From positions 1,580 through 65,579 of the IMG/VR virus record IMGVR_UViG_3300021139_001731: 64,000 nt of DNA; one strand, written 5' to 3'. How positions within the stretch are numbered: position 1 is the first letter of the stretch; every line of letters begins with the position of its first letter. Below the pieces are notes generated by a model that searched no databases, had not been told where the DNA came from, and saw only the letters and a program-made list of their open reading frames with translations. Made by a program: the position numbers and the translations under genes. The stretch is from a virus (lineage: Duplodnaviria; Caudoviricetes). Below, piece by piece: positions 38,101 through 46,754 of this stretch.

Positions 38101-38247
38101 CAATCTATCTTTATGATGTTTGATTATCTTAAAACACAATTTGATTTCATTAATATAATTTCTCACTTGGATGCAATGCGAGATATTGTAGATACATTGG
38201 TTGAAATTAAAAAAGTAGATGGTTTTTCTCAAATTCAATATAAATAA
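35101..38247 (+). CDS. Fused SbcD/Mre11 nuclease - SbcC/Rad50 ATPase (T4 gp47+gp46-like)
   Basis: ADIH, AGD, GNHD, FHG, GDIH phosphoesterase motifs; Walker A APNAAGKSS, zinc hook CKFC, signature CSGME, Walker B IDEGFGTLD, ISH. Confidence 0.93.
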   Translation: MNKLKRIYHIADIHIRNLKRHQEYREVFNRLFEDIKKRGTEDSLIYLAGDLAHAKLEMSPELLNEINYFLKKCCELCPTILIAGNHDCNLNNVGRLDVLSPIVEALDLPNLTYLRDTQSYTYGGVRFDLFSIFDDKENWKFEPITSDTTNIALFHGPILDATTDVGYHISSRHFTTEMFDGYDLALLGDIHKRQTMISPDGCKVVYPGSLIQQNHGEKLTEHGYAIWNISDLSVEYVDIPNDYGYYTLHVENGIVPDVTDMPVKPRLRVLVSKTDAADMKRVTTEIKKKYKVDEFTITRTDTLARLRTGNRDGKLNVGNVNDPQYQAGLIKDYLGRNYMLDAETLGKIEDLNTKLNKKLTDEDLVKNITWKPIRFEFDNMFSYGENNIVNFDNMKGLMGVFAPNAAGKSSLFDALSFCIFDKSSRAFKAANILNNRKTEFKCKLEFEINDEKFFIERTAKLAKKGDTVKVDVNFWRLEGDEMISLNGNERRDTDKAIESYLGKYEDFVLTALSLQGNNSLFIDKSQSERKDLLAQFMGINVFDKLYDLASEDIKEVQVLLRNFKRTDFTSELATAETKLEELNDEYEELEIEKESYEDRQDELNEKITELSAQLVPMDGNLNIDDLNTKKEKLENSLEELKELSIVKVANISDIIGKVVELKKLLAEKATPNGIDIEIVYSNYKTEQSKLLEATKVYDTAKLHLSLAEEKIKHLDKHEYDPNCKFCCDNTFVKDATNAKNALPQLQEIVNQALIDCTGIQQTLDTMEGIEKQYNEVVDLKAKIQKGVQAHTNRTLEFNGMITQKELYEAQLTAVEMDIVRYHANEANIQNNNVLNGQIETIKVQLASVTKDLRNINSTLLQVNGDIAKANSYITTITQKMEEAKGLEEQYQIYEYYLDAVKRDGVSYELIAKALPVIEGEVNNILQQIVEFGIVFDMSGKNVNARIVYEDQSWPLEMCSGMEKFVSGLAIRVALINVCNLPRPNFLVIDEGFGTLDSDNLQSIFMMFDYLKTQFDFINIISHLDAMRDIVDTLVEIKKVDGFSQIQYK

Positions 38248-38258
38248 TATTTATTTTT

Positions 38259-38891
38259 ATGAATATTGAACTTAATAATAAACTATTAAAAAATGGATAT
38301 CTTTCATTTCAATTAGATAATGAAACAAAAGAACAATTAAAACAAATTGCAAATAAATTAAAAAAAAATGAATTTACACACTTAAGACATACTGGATGTG
38401 GAAATTCTGATAGTTCATTTGATTCATTTGAAAATTTAGAAAAATTAAAAAATGAATACGCACCTCAAAAAAAATGGCAAGTTTGGTATCAAGATAATAA
38501 TTTTAGAACAAAAATAACAGATGAAGAGTATTCTTTTATTCGTAATTTATTTACATCTATTATAGAAAATTTATATCCTGTTGATTCTTATGATAAAGAT
38601 TTTTTCATAAATTGTACAATGTATAACAAAGGTTGTTATATAAATAGTCACACCGATGGTGCAGCCGGTCATAGACTTACAAATATACTCATTTACTTAA
38701 ATGATGATTATATTGATGGTATGGGTGGAGAAATAATAATTAATAAAGAAAAGGTAAAACCTGAATTAGGTAACGTTGCAATAATTGATTTTTCAAAAAA
38801 CAATCCAATACATGAAGTAACTGAAGTATTAGATGAAAATTTTAGAAGATTAACCATAATAGTTGAATTAGCACGAAATACTCAAAAATAG
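38259..38891 (+). CDS. 2OG-Fe(II) oxygenase
   Basis: HTD, IYLNDDY...GGE, HEV, RR. Confidence 0.85.
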   Translation: MNIELNNKLLKNGYLSFQLDNETKEQLKQIANKLKKNEFTHLRHTGCGNSDSSFDSFENLEKLKNEYAPQKKWQVWYQDNNFRTKITDEEYSFIRNLFTSIIENLYPVDSYDKDFFINCTMYNKGCYINSHTDGAAGHRLTNILIYLNDDYIDGMGGEIIINKEKVKPELGNVAIIDFSKNNPIHEVTEVLDENFRRLTIIVELARNTQK

Positions 38892-38917
38892 AATATTTAT
38901 AAAAAAGAATATTCTAT
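38888..38917. repeat. 10-bp inverted repeat enclosing an ATATTTATA motif (38893-38901) just before the tail-fibre ATG
   Basis: ATAGAATATT / AATATTCTAT with 10-nt loop. Confidence 0.5.
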
Positions 38918-38918
38918 A

Positions 38919-41900
38919 ATGGCTGTTGATATAAAAGTTGCACCGGATGAAAAATTAGAATTAGTTCAAACATATATTACTGATACTAATCCAAATTCTG
39001 ATTATTTTGTTATAAGTGAACTTCCTGATACATTTTCTGGAGGTAAAAACGCATTCTTAATAGCAGGCAGTGATAAGTTATTAGCTAATACAGAAGTAAA
39101 AGTTCAAGTTAGAGATGCAGCGGGTAATGTTTGTTATATAGAATTTTCAAACGGATTACCTACTGAATATTATGAAGGTAATTCTAAAGTAGTTGCAGTT
39201 TATGTATATCCTACACTTACTTCTTTTGGACCTGCAACAATTACTATATTAGGTCAATTAAAAGATGTTCCTACTGAATGGAGTGGTTTATATAATGTAA
39301 AATGGCAAAAACAGGTTAATATAAATCCTGCATTAGCAAATACAACTAGAGTAAGATTATATAAAAGACCATTAGTTACAATTTCAGAAATATTAGAACC
39401 ACTTTATTCAATTGTTAGTGGTAGTAAAGTAGCCTCATTAGTTACACAATCATTTGCATCAATTAAAGTAAATCAATTAGAAACTTTTGCAGGAGATGTT
39501 GCTAGAGTAAAAGTATATAGAACATCAGCAGGAGATATAGCAGATTATGAATTAATTCAAGATATATCGATAGAAGCAAAAAATCTTTTAACTACATATG
39601 CTTTAACAGGTAGTGTAGTTGGAAATGCAGGTATATTTGGTCCAGATAGTTTAAGTAAAGTTTGGAATACCGGTTCATTAAATGCACAATTAAATTCAAC
39701 GTACATTAATGATGGTTTGCAATTAGATGGGCATGGATTACTTACATATACATCATCGTTAAATTTATTAAGTTCAAATACATACGAATTAGAATTAGAT
39801 ACATTTTTTACAGGTTCAACTTCAACAAATTTAGTAGCATACATTAGTGGTACACAAAATGGTGCAATTCCAATTACTACATTTAGTGGTTCAACTCCAA
39901 CTAAAAACTTTGGTACTACTACAATACCATTTACAATACCTAATGATGAACCAACTGCAAGTTTATATTTTTCACAATCAGCAAGTGAATGGCATGTTGG
40001 AAATATTTCATTAAACCTTTCACAAGATACAGCATTTTCACCAAACGAAGTTAGTTTTATTACATCTATGCCAACGGTATTAGGCAATGAAACGTTTAAT
40101 TTTAAGTTTGAATTATATGATATAAACAATAACTATGTACCAATTGCAATAACACAAAGTGCTTTATTTACTGGGGGTAATAATAATGTAGGTGGAACTT
40201 TACTATTAATTAGTGGATCAACATCGGCATCAAATGCAGCAATATTAGCCTTATCACAATCAGTAAGTGGAACAATTGGTGTAGTAACTGGTAGTGTATC
40301 ATATGTAAGTACAAGTGTATCTCAATCATTTTACACATCATCAGTATATTCTGCCTCATTACAAAGTTCATCTTTATATATTAGTTCATCTATTAGTGGA
40401 ACAATATCAAATGTATCTCAAAGTGTAAGTGGAACAATATCATTTGTAAGTTCATCTTTGAGTAGTAGTATATCATCATCTATATCAACTTCAATTGCAT
40501 TTGCTAGTCAATCTGTATACAATTCATTATCATCCTCATATGCAAAAGTTCAACAACTAGCAGATGGTGGATATAGTGGTTCTTTTATTAGTGGGAATGT
40601 AATGTATGCACCGGTAGTTGGTGGACAATTAGGATATTTTAGTAGTTTATTTAGAGTAGGTCAAGAACCTGGCTCAATTTATTTAGATGCTAGAACTTCT
40701 ACCAGAAAAATATACATAGGTGGAGTAAATTCAACCGGTTCATATAATAGTGGAAGTACTCCAGTTTATATGGATAGTGCTGGAAATTTTTCATTAGGGT
40801 CTGGATTATTATGGGATGGTTCATCATTGACAGTGAATGGTACAATAAATGTAACGGGTGGAAATGCAGCCACACAAGCATATGCAAGTAGTTCAGCATT
40901 CACACAGGCAAATACAGCATATACAAATGCAGTTTCAACGGCAAGCGGTAGTTCATACACAATGGCAACTACATCTGCAAATTCAGCATACACAAATGCT
41001 TCAGCAAGTGCGTATACAATGGCAACCGTATCATCCAATACGGCATATAATAATGCAAAATCAGTAGCAGATAGTATTGCAAATGGAACATATAGTGGTG
41101 GAACATTAATAACTGGAACAAGTATAGTATCTCCTACAATAGCAGGTGCAAATGGATATTTTTCACAAACTTTTAAAGTAGGTAATGGTGGTATTACATT
41201 AGATGGAGTTAACAAATTAATTTATGTAGGTGCAGGACATTTTAACAATGCAGATACTTCGTTCTATGTAGATAATAGTAGTAATTTTTCTTTAGGTAAT
41301 AAACTTAGTTGGGATGGTTCAACATTAACAGTTAGTGGAACAATTAATGCAAATGCAGGAACTTTTAGTGGAAACATTACATCTACTGCAACAATTAGTG
41401 GTGGTACTATATCCGGAGGTACAATTAGTGGTGGTAGTATTTCAATTGGTAGTAATTTTAGTGTTGATGTAGGTGGTAATATGGTTGCTAATAATGCTAA
41501 TATAGCAGGAGCAATTACCGCCGGCAATGGTTCAACTATTGGTGGTTGGACAATATCAAACTCACAAATATATGTACCAAATGCAATAAATTTAGATGCA
41601 ATTGCAAAACAAATATCAGTTGCCGATGCTTCTGGCGTTCCTAGAGTTGTATTAAATCAAAATGCAAGTTTATCTTCATTAACAGGTGGTGGCGGTTCAA
41701 GTGGAGGTTATGGTGGGGGAAGTGGAACTAGTGGAACTAGTTTTTCTAGTACAGTTACAAGTTTTACTGCAAATAGTGGACAAACTTATGTTGTAAGTGC
41801 TAATATAAATCAATCAGATGCAGCATATGCAATTACGTTAAATACATTTGGATATTATAGTGGATATTATTCAACATTTATTTACATAACAAATGGTTCA

Positions 41901-42617
41901 ACTACTTATACATTATTTAGTTTTAGTCATTCAATATCTCAAAAGAATAGCACGTATTCGGCTTTAGGTGGTATTAATGGAAAATCTGGAACCCTTTCAT
42001 TTACAGGTGATGGAACTACATGGTCTATAACAACATACACATATTATTCCGGTCCAAATACAATTGATTATTCTAACTATGGATTATCTTCACCTTCATT
42101 TAATTACTCATATGCAGTTGATGTATCTAAAACTGAAATAATACCTGGTGGTTTACAAGTTGTAACAACATCAACTCAATATGTTCAAGCACCAAGAACG
42201 GCAGGTACAGCATTAATTGTTGGGGGTAATATAACAGCAACAGGTACTATAACACCAGGTGTATCGGATGGTAGGCTAAAAGAAAATATAGTTAATATAG
42301 ATAAACCATTAGATAAAATAAATAATATAAATGGTGTTTATTTTAATTATACAGATGAAGCAAATGTGTTTGTACCACATTTAGGTAAAAATAGACAAGT
42401 TGGAGTTATTGCACAAGAAATAAATTCTGTATTTGAAGAAATACCAGAATTAACTCCAATATCTCCATTTGATAATGATGGACAAGGAAATTCAAAAACA
42501 GGTCAAAATTATATGACTGTTCAATATGAAAAATTAGTACCTTTATTAATTGAGGGTATAAAAGAATTATCTAAAAAAGTATCTTCATTAGAAGCACAAT
42601 TAAGTGGTTCAAAATAA
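38919..42617 (+). CDS. Tail fibre/spike with C-terminal intramolecular chaperone (peptidase S74-like)
   Basis: SDGRLKENI, GVYF, GVIAQE, VQYEKLVPLLIEGIKEL; Ser/Gly/Thr-rich shaft with internal repeats. Confidence 0.9.
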   Translation: MAVDIKVAPDEKLELVQTYITDTNPNSDYFVISELPDTFSGGKNAFLIAGSDKLLANTEVKVQVRDAAGNVCYIEFSNGLPTEYYEGNSKVVAVYVYPTLTSFGPATITILGQLKDVPTEWSGLYNVKWQKQVNINPALANTTRVRLYKRPLVTISEILEPLYSIVSGSKVASLVTQSFASIKVNQLETFAGDVARVKVYRTSAGDIADYELIQDISIEAKNLLTTYALTGSVVGNAGIFGPDSLSKVWNTGSLNAQLNSTYINDGLQLDGHGLLTYTSSLNLLSSNTYELELDTFFTGSTSTNLVAYISGTQNGAIPITTFSGSTPTKNFGTTTIPFTIPNDEPTASLYFSQSASEWHVGNISLNLSQDTAFSPNEVSFITSMPTVLGNETFNFKFELYDINNNYVPIAITQSALFTGGNNNVGGTLLLISGSTSASNAAILALSQSVSGTIGVVTGSVSYVSTSVSQSFYTSSVYSASLQSSSLYISSSISGTISNVSQSVSGTISFVSSSLSSSISSSISTSIAFASQSVYNSLSSSYAKVQQLADGGYSGSFISGNVMYAPVVGGQLGYFSSLFRVGQEPGSIYLDARTSTRKIYIGGVNSTGSYNSGSTPVYMDSAGNFSLGSGLLWDGSSLTVNGTINVTGGNAATQAYASSSAFTQANTAYTNAVSTASGSSYTMATTSANSAYTNASASAYTMATVSSNTAYNNAKSVADSIANGTYSGGTLITGTSIVSPTIAGANGYFSQTFKVGNGGITLDGVNKLIYVGAGHFNNADTSFYVDNSSNFSLGNKLSWDGSTLTVSGTINANAGTFSGNITSTATISGGTISGGTISGGSISIGSNFSVDVGGNMVANNANIAGAITAGNGSTIGGWTISNSQIYVPNAINLDAIAKQISVADASGVPRVVLNQNASLSSLTGGGGSSGGYGGGSGTSGTSFSSTVTSFTANSGQTYVVSANINQSDAAYAITLNTFGYYSGYYSTFIYITNGSTTYTLFSFSHSISQKNSTYSALGGINGKSGTLSFTGDGTTWSITTYTYYSGPNTIDYSNYGLSSPSFNYSYAVDVSKTEIIPGGLQVVTTSTQYVQAPRTAGTALIVGGNITATGTITPGVSDGRLKENIVNIDKPLDKINNINGVYFNYTDEANVFVPHLGKNRQVGVIAQEINSVFEEIPELTPISPFDNDGQGNSKTGQNYMTVQYEKLVPLLIEGIKELSKKVSSLEAQLSGSK

Positions 42618-42623
42618 AATGTT

Positions 42624-43637
42624 ATGTTTGATTTATTAGTTACAACTGGAGCAGGTAATGTTCCTATGGGTGGTAGTGATTTATGGGTAAACAATTTTAT
42701 AGAAAATGTAATACCATTTTTAGAACATCCAACTGTTTTATTAATTGATGGTAGAATGCCTAATGGGTTTGATCCTGATTCTATATCATGTCAATATGTA
42801 TTTGGAAAGGAAAACCCTTTATTAGTAGAACCTCTTTTAAGAAATTGTAGAAGAATACATTTTTTACATAACAATTATTATCGTAGAGATGAATTGTGGG
42901 AATATAAAAATAAATTTCATACTATATTCTGTCACGCCTACATTAAAGAAATTATAAATACTAATGTAGATTTGGGATTAGATAGAGTTTATTTACCTAC
43001 TACAATGGATTTACAATGGGAACAAGATGTAATGAATCAATGTAAACAAATAGTTTGGATTGGTTGTAATGATGGGTTAGTACAAAAAGATTTCAAAGAT
43101 AAATGTATTCAAATTCCAAACTACTACGAATTTCAGATTAATAATGAATATCGTTGGATGATAGATAAGATAGGATATGCGGCCCGTAGTGAGACACGAA
43201 AGTGTTTTCATTTTTTAGATGGACATAGGGGATATGCATGTACGGATTGGATGGGGTATGAAAATCTTAAAGAAGGATTAAACTTAGATTTAAAAAAGGT
43301 AAGATTTTACCCATATAATTTGGAAAATCATAGAAATTTCTTTAACTTAGACTTTACGATATTTCACGGTTGTTATGTAAATGAACCTTTTGGATATTCT
43401 ATATTTAACGCTGTAGATTATGGTAAACTTCCAATACTAAACAAATATTGGATGCCAAGAATACCATACAAATATAGAGCATCAACAAAAGAGGAATTTA
43501 ATAAAATGTATGAAATAATGTGTGATGATTTTGAAGTTGAAAGACAATATCAATTTAAATTATTAAAATCATCATTATTAAAATACGATAACAAAAGTGA
43601 ATGGATATTAGAAATAGTTAATTTATTAAATAAATGA
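42624..43637 (+). CDS. Putative GT-B (GT4-like) glycosyltransferase
   Basis: GGSDLWV N-terminus, EPFGYSIFNAVDYGKLPI donor-binding motif. Confidence 0.6.
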   Translation: MFDLLVTTGAGNVPMGGSDLWVNNFIENVIPFLEHPTVLLIDGRMPNGFDPDSISCQYVFGKENPLLVEPLLRNCRRIHFLHNNYYRRDELWEYKNKFHTIFCHAYIKEIINTNVDLGLDRVYLPTTMDLQWEQDVMNQCKQIVWIGCNDGLVQKDFKDKCIQIPNYYEFQINNEYRWMIDKIGYAARSETRKCFHFLDGHRGYACTDWMGYENLKEGLNLDLKKVRFYPYNLENHRNFFNLDFTIFHGCYVNEPFGYSIFNAVDYGKLPILNKYWMPRIPYKYRASTKEEFNKMYEIMCDDFEVERQYQFKLLKSSLLKYDNKSEWILEIVNLLNK

Positions 43638-44389
43638 TAACAAATAAAGATTACATTAAAGAATTTATTTCAAATAATCAAGAAGTAGATGATTACGGAG
43701 ACCAGGTTTTGTTAAATGTGCCATATCGTTGGTCACATGGTGCAACGGATGATCATTTAGGTGATGGTTTAATTATTTATTCTCTAATTCAGTTTATGAA
43801 AGCAAAAGTATGTGTTTGCCTTGGTAGTGGAGGTGGATTTATACCAAGAATAATGACACAGGCCAGAATTGATTTACATTCACAAAATATATTTGAAGGT
43901 GATGCTAACTATAATTGGGGTGATATAGGAACTACCTATGTTGTAGATGCAATGAATGGTATTGGTGGTAATGTAAATTGGTTTAAAGAAGAATCCTTTT
44001 TTAGAAGAGTATTTTCACCTAGGATAATTGCGGATACAACTACAAACGCATTTCATAATTATTTCGTATTAAATGATATTAAGATTGATTATTTACATAT
44101 TGATGCGGGACATTCATATGAAAATGTAAAGGAAGATTTTGATTTATATTCTCAGTTAATGAGTGAGAACGGAATTATATCAATTCACGATACTGACCCT
44201 AATTATGCAGATAAATACATAGTTACAAATGAAGTGAAGGATAGGGGTGATTTTGATGATTGGAACGGCCCTATTCAATTAGCAAAAGAAATAGATAATG
44301 AAAAATGGGAAGTATTTAATTTATTTAATTTTGGTATTATAAAAAATAAACCAGCATCTACTGGATTAACATTAGTAAGAAGAAAATAA
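43634..44389 (+). CDS. Class I SAM methyltransferase (Methyltransf_24-like)
   Basis: CLGSGGG, IDYLHIDAGHSYE, IHD. Confidence 0.8.
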   Translation: MITNKDYIKEFISNNQEVDDYGDQVLLNVPYRWSHGATDDHLGDGLIIYSLIQFMKAKVCVCLGSGGGFIPRIMTQARIDLHSQNIFEGDANYNWGDIGTTYVVDAMNGIGGNVNWFKEESFFRRVFSPRIIADTTTNAFHNYFVLNDIKIDYLHIDAGHSYENVKEDFDLYSQLMSENGIISIHDTDPNYADKYIVTNEVKDRGDFDDWNGPIQLAKEIDNEKWEVFNLFNFGIIKNKPASTGLTLVRRK

Positions 44390-45228
44390 TGAAAAGATTA
44401 GTTACCGTAACCGGAAGTAGAACAAATACACTTACACATTTTTTTAAATACTATCAAACTTTAGTAGATGAAATATATGTTGTAGTATACGAATGGGAAG
44501 GTATGAGCACATATGATGAAGTAGAAAGAATATCAAAACAATTTCCTAATGTTAATATTATTAATCGTTCTAAAAAAGAAAAATTTAATTGGGAGCATGT
44601 AACCTATCTTTACAATCAAACTAAAATGTTACATCCAAATGATTGGTGGATAGTTGCAGATGATGATGAGTTTCATGTTTATTCAAAAAATTTAAATGAA
44701 ATAATAGAAGATTGTGATAAAAATGGTTGGGATTTAGTTAGAGGTGGTTTTGTAGATAGAATAGGTAAAGAGGGTGAATTTGTAGAATTAAAAGAAGATG
44801 AATATATATTCCAACAATTTCCATTAGCAGGTTTTTTTCGTTATCCCTTAAGTGGAGCATGTCCTAATAAAATTTGTATAATGAAAGGATATATAGAATT
44901 AACACCTGGTCAGCATTATGCAAAAATAGATGGACAAACAACTTGGAAATGGCAAGGTTGGAATCATCCTTTAATAGCACCAACAAATGAATATAGTGTA
45001 ATAGTTAATCATTTTAAATGGGATAGTACTTGTGTTGATAGAATAAAACAAGTAGCAGATATTAATCAAAGATATTCATATTCAAAAGAATATCAGGAAA
45101 TGTACGATGCTATAAAACTAAATAATTTTAAGATTGATATTTATGATGAGAGGTTTATGATTGAAGAATGTGGTTGGTACCAGTATTCTAAGTGGGATAA
45201 ACTTTTTAAAATAATTCAGTCTATTTAA
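44389..45228 (+). CDS. Putative GT-A glycosyltransferase (GT2/GT92-like)
   Basis: WWIVADDDEF DxD motif. Confidence 0.6.
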   Translation: MKRLVTVTGSRTNTLTHFFKYYQTLVDEIYVVVYEWEGMSTYDEVERISKQFPNVNIINRSKKEKFNWEHVTYLYNQTKMLHPNDWWIVADDDEFHVYSKNLNEIIEDCDKNGWDLVRGGFVDRIGKEGEFVELKEDEYIFQQFPLAGFFRYPLSGACPNKICIMKGYIELTPGQHYAKIDGQTTWKWQGWNHPLIAPTNEYSVIVNHFKWDSTCVDRIKQVADINQRYSYSKEYQEMYDAIKLNNFKIDIYDERFMIEECGWYQYSKWDKLFKIIQSI

Positions 45229-45260
45229 TTTGGTTATATAAATAAAATTCGTTACATTTA
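45229..45260 (+). promoter_or_regulatory. Bacteroidota-type promoter (one mismatch)
   Basis: TTTG 45229-45232, 20-nt spacer, TAcaTTTA 45253-45260, before ATG 45264. Confidence 0.55.
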
Positions 45261-45263
45261 AAT

Positions 45264-46745
45264 ATGAGTAATCATAAATTAGCAATAATAATTCCTTATA
45301 GAGATAGGAGAGAACATCTTGATATTTTCTTGCCACATATGGTTGCATTTTTATCTAACAAAGATATTGATTACAAATTATTTATTGTAGAACAAAGTGA
45401 TGATAAACCATTTAATTATGGTAAGATTTGTAATGTAGCATTTGATTTATTAAAAGATGAATACGATTATTTTTGTTTTCATGATGTTGATATGTTACCT
45501 ACATCTGATAAAGCAGATTATAGTTACAAAGATTATCCTGTTCATTTAGCAACTAGAGTACAAGTTCATGATAATACATTACCTTACTTACAATATTTAG
45601 GTGGTGTATTTATAATTCCAAAAAAACAATTTGAAGAAGTTAATGGCTTCTCTAATGAATATTATGGTTGGGGTTATCACGACTTAGATTTATTATATAG
45701 AATGGATAAAGCAGGTCTAAAATTAGATTCGGAATACATTTATCCTAGAATCGATACTGAATATGAAATTGATAAATTAAAAATTACAGATTCAATTAAA
45801 AAAGAAAAAGTAACTTATTTAAAATTTGATGGTGAAACCCAAATGGAAATTTTACCAAATAAATTTTTAAAACCGTTTACAACCGATTCATTTACTATTT
45901 CAGCATGGATAAACTTTGATCAATTTGTAAAAGAAGAACAATATGTAGTTTCATTTCCTGGATATAATAGTGGTATATCAATTCAACCTGATAATACTTT
46001 AAGATTTAATTTTTGGGGTAAAGATTCAAAATACTATTTTAATTACAAAAAACTTAAACCAAATCAATGGCATCATATTGTTGCAAATGTTGATTTTGAT
46101 TCTAATAAATTAAAATTATTTATAGATACATTTGAAGAAGGATCTAAAATAGATAGTTTAACTCAATTTGAATTACCATTGTGGGATTATACAAAAGATA
46201 AAATATACATTGGATGTGGTTCACATGGTAAGAATATGTTTAGAGGAAAATTAGCTAATTTATATTTCTTTGATTATAATTTAAGTGAGTCTGAAATTAA
46301 AAATTTATACTTAAACGGATTAGTTAATAATAGAACATTACAAACACAATTTGAGCCAGTATTAAAATATCAGTTCAATAATTTCTATAAAAATTATTTA
46401 ATAGATGGTAGTAAAAATCATAACCATTCTACATTATATAATGAACATGGTAGTAATTATTCTCAATATTTAGGTAATACTGAAATTATAAAAACTACAA
46501 AAATAAAATTACCTAAAAGAATAGAAGCAACATTTCAATCGTTACCACATGATAACGATACTAATATTGTTGAAAGATTTAATGGATTTGATCCTGATAC
46601 TATTGAAAACGGATTAATATTTTTTAAAGATATTCTTACTAAAAAAATAACAACAGATACAATTGGATTAAGTAATTTGAAATATAAATTTATTGAGAAT
46701 GAAAAATTTGATGAACATACAAATTGGATTAAAATAATACTTTAA
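45264..46745 (+). CDS. GT7 galactosyltransferase-like enzyme with inserted LamG domain (copy 1)
   Basis: IIPYRDR, FNYGK, HDVD, GGV, NGFSNEYYGWGYHDLD; LamG; C-terminal LPH...GLSNLKY. Confidence 0.85.
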   Translation: MSNHKLAIIIPYRDRREHLDIFLPHMVAFLSNKDIDYKLFIVEQSDDKPFNYGKICNVAFDLLKDEYDYFCFHDVDMLPTSDKADYSYKDYPVHLATRVQVHDNTLPYLQYLGGVFIIPKKQFEEVNGFSNEYYGWGYHDLDLLYRMDKAGLKLDSEYIYPRIDTEYEIDKLKITDSIKKEKVTYLKFDGETQMEILPNKFLKPFTTDSFTISAWINFDQFVKEEQYVVSFPGYNSGISIQPDNTLRFNFWGKDSKYYFNYKKLKPNQWHHIVANVDFDSNKLKLFIDTFEEGSKIDSLTQFELPLWDYTKDKIYIGCGSHGKNMFRGKLANLYFFDYNLSESEIKNLYLNGLVNNRTLQTQFEPVLKYQFNNFYKNYLIDGSKNHNHSTLYNEHGSNYSQYLGNTEIIKTTKIKLPKRIEATFQSLPHDNDTNIVERFNGFDPDTIENGLIFFKDILTKKITTDTIGLSNLKYKFIENEKFDEHTNWIKIIL

Positions 46746-46754
46746 ATAAAACAT

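Noticed and set aside
38919-42617. Diversity-generating retroelement target in the tail fibre
   Set aside because: No reverse transcriptase and no near-identical template/variable repeat pair seen; the internal repeats are diverged protein repeats
38239-45244. Sense-strand T4 late promoter TATAAATA at 38239-38246 and 45237-45244
   Set aside because: One overlaps a stop codon and the other lies inside a host-type promoter spacer. All-A/T 8-mers are expected by chance, and they do not precede the structural operons
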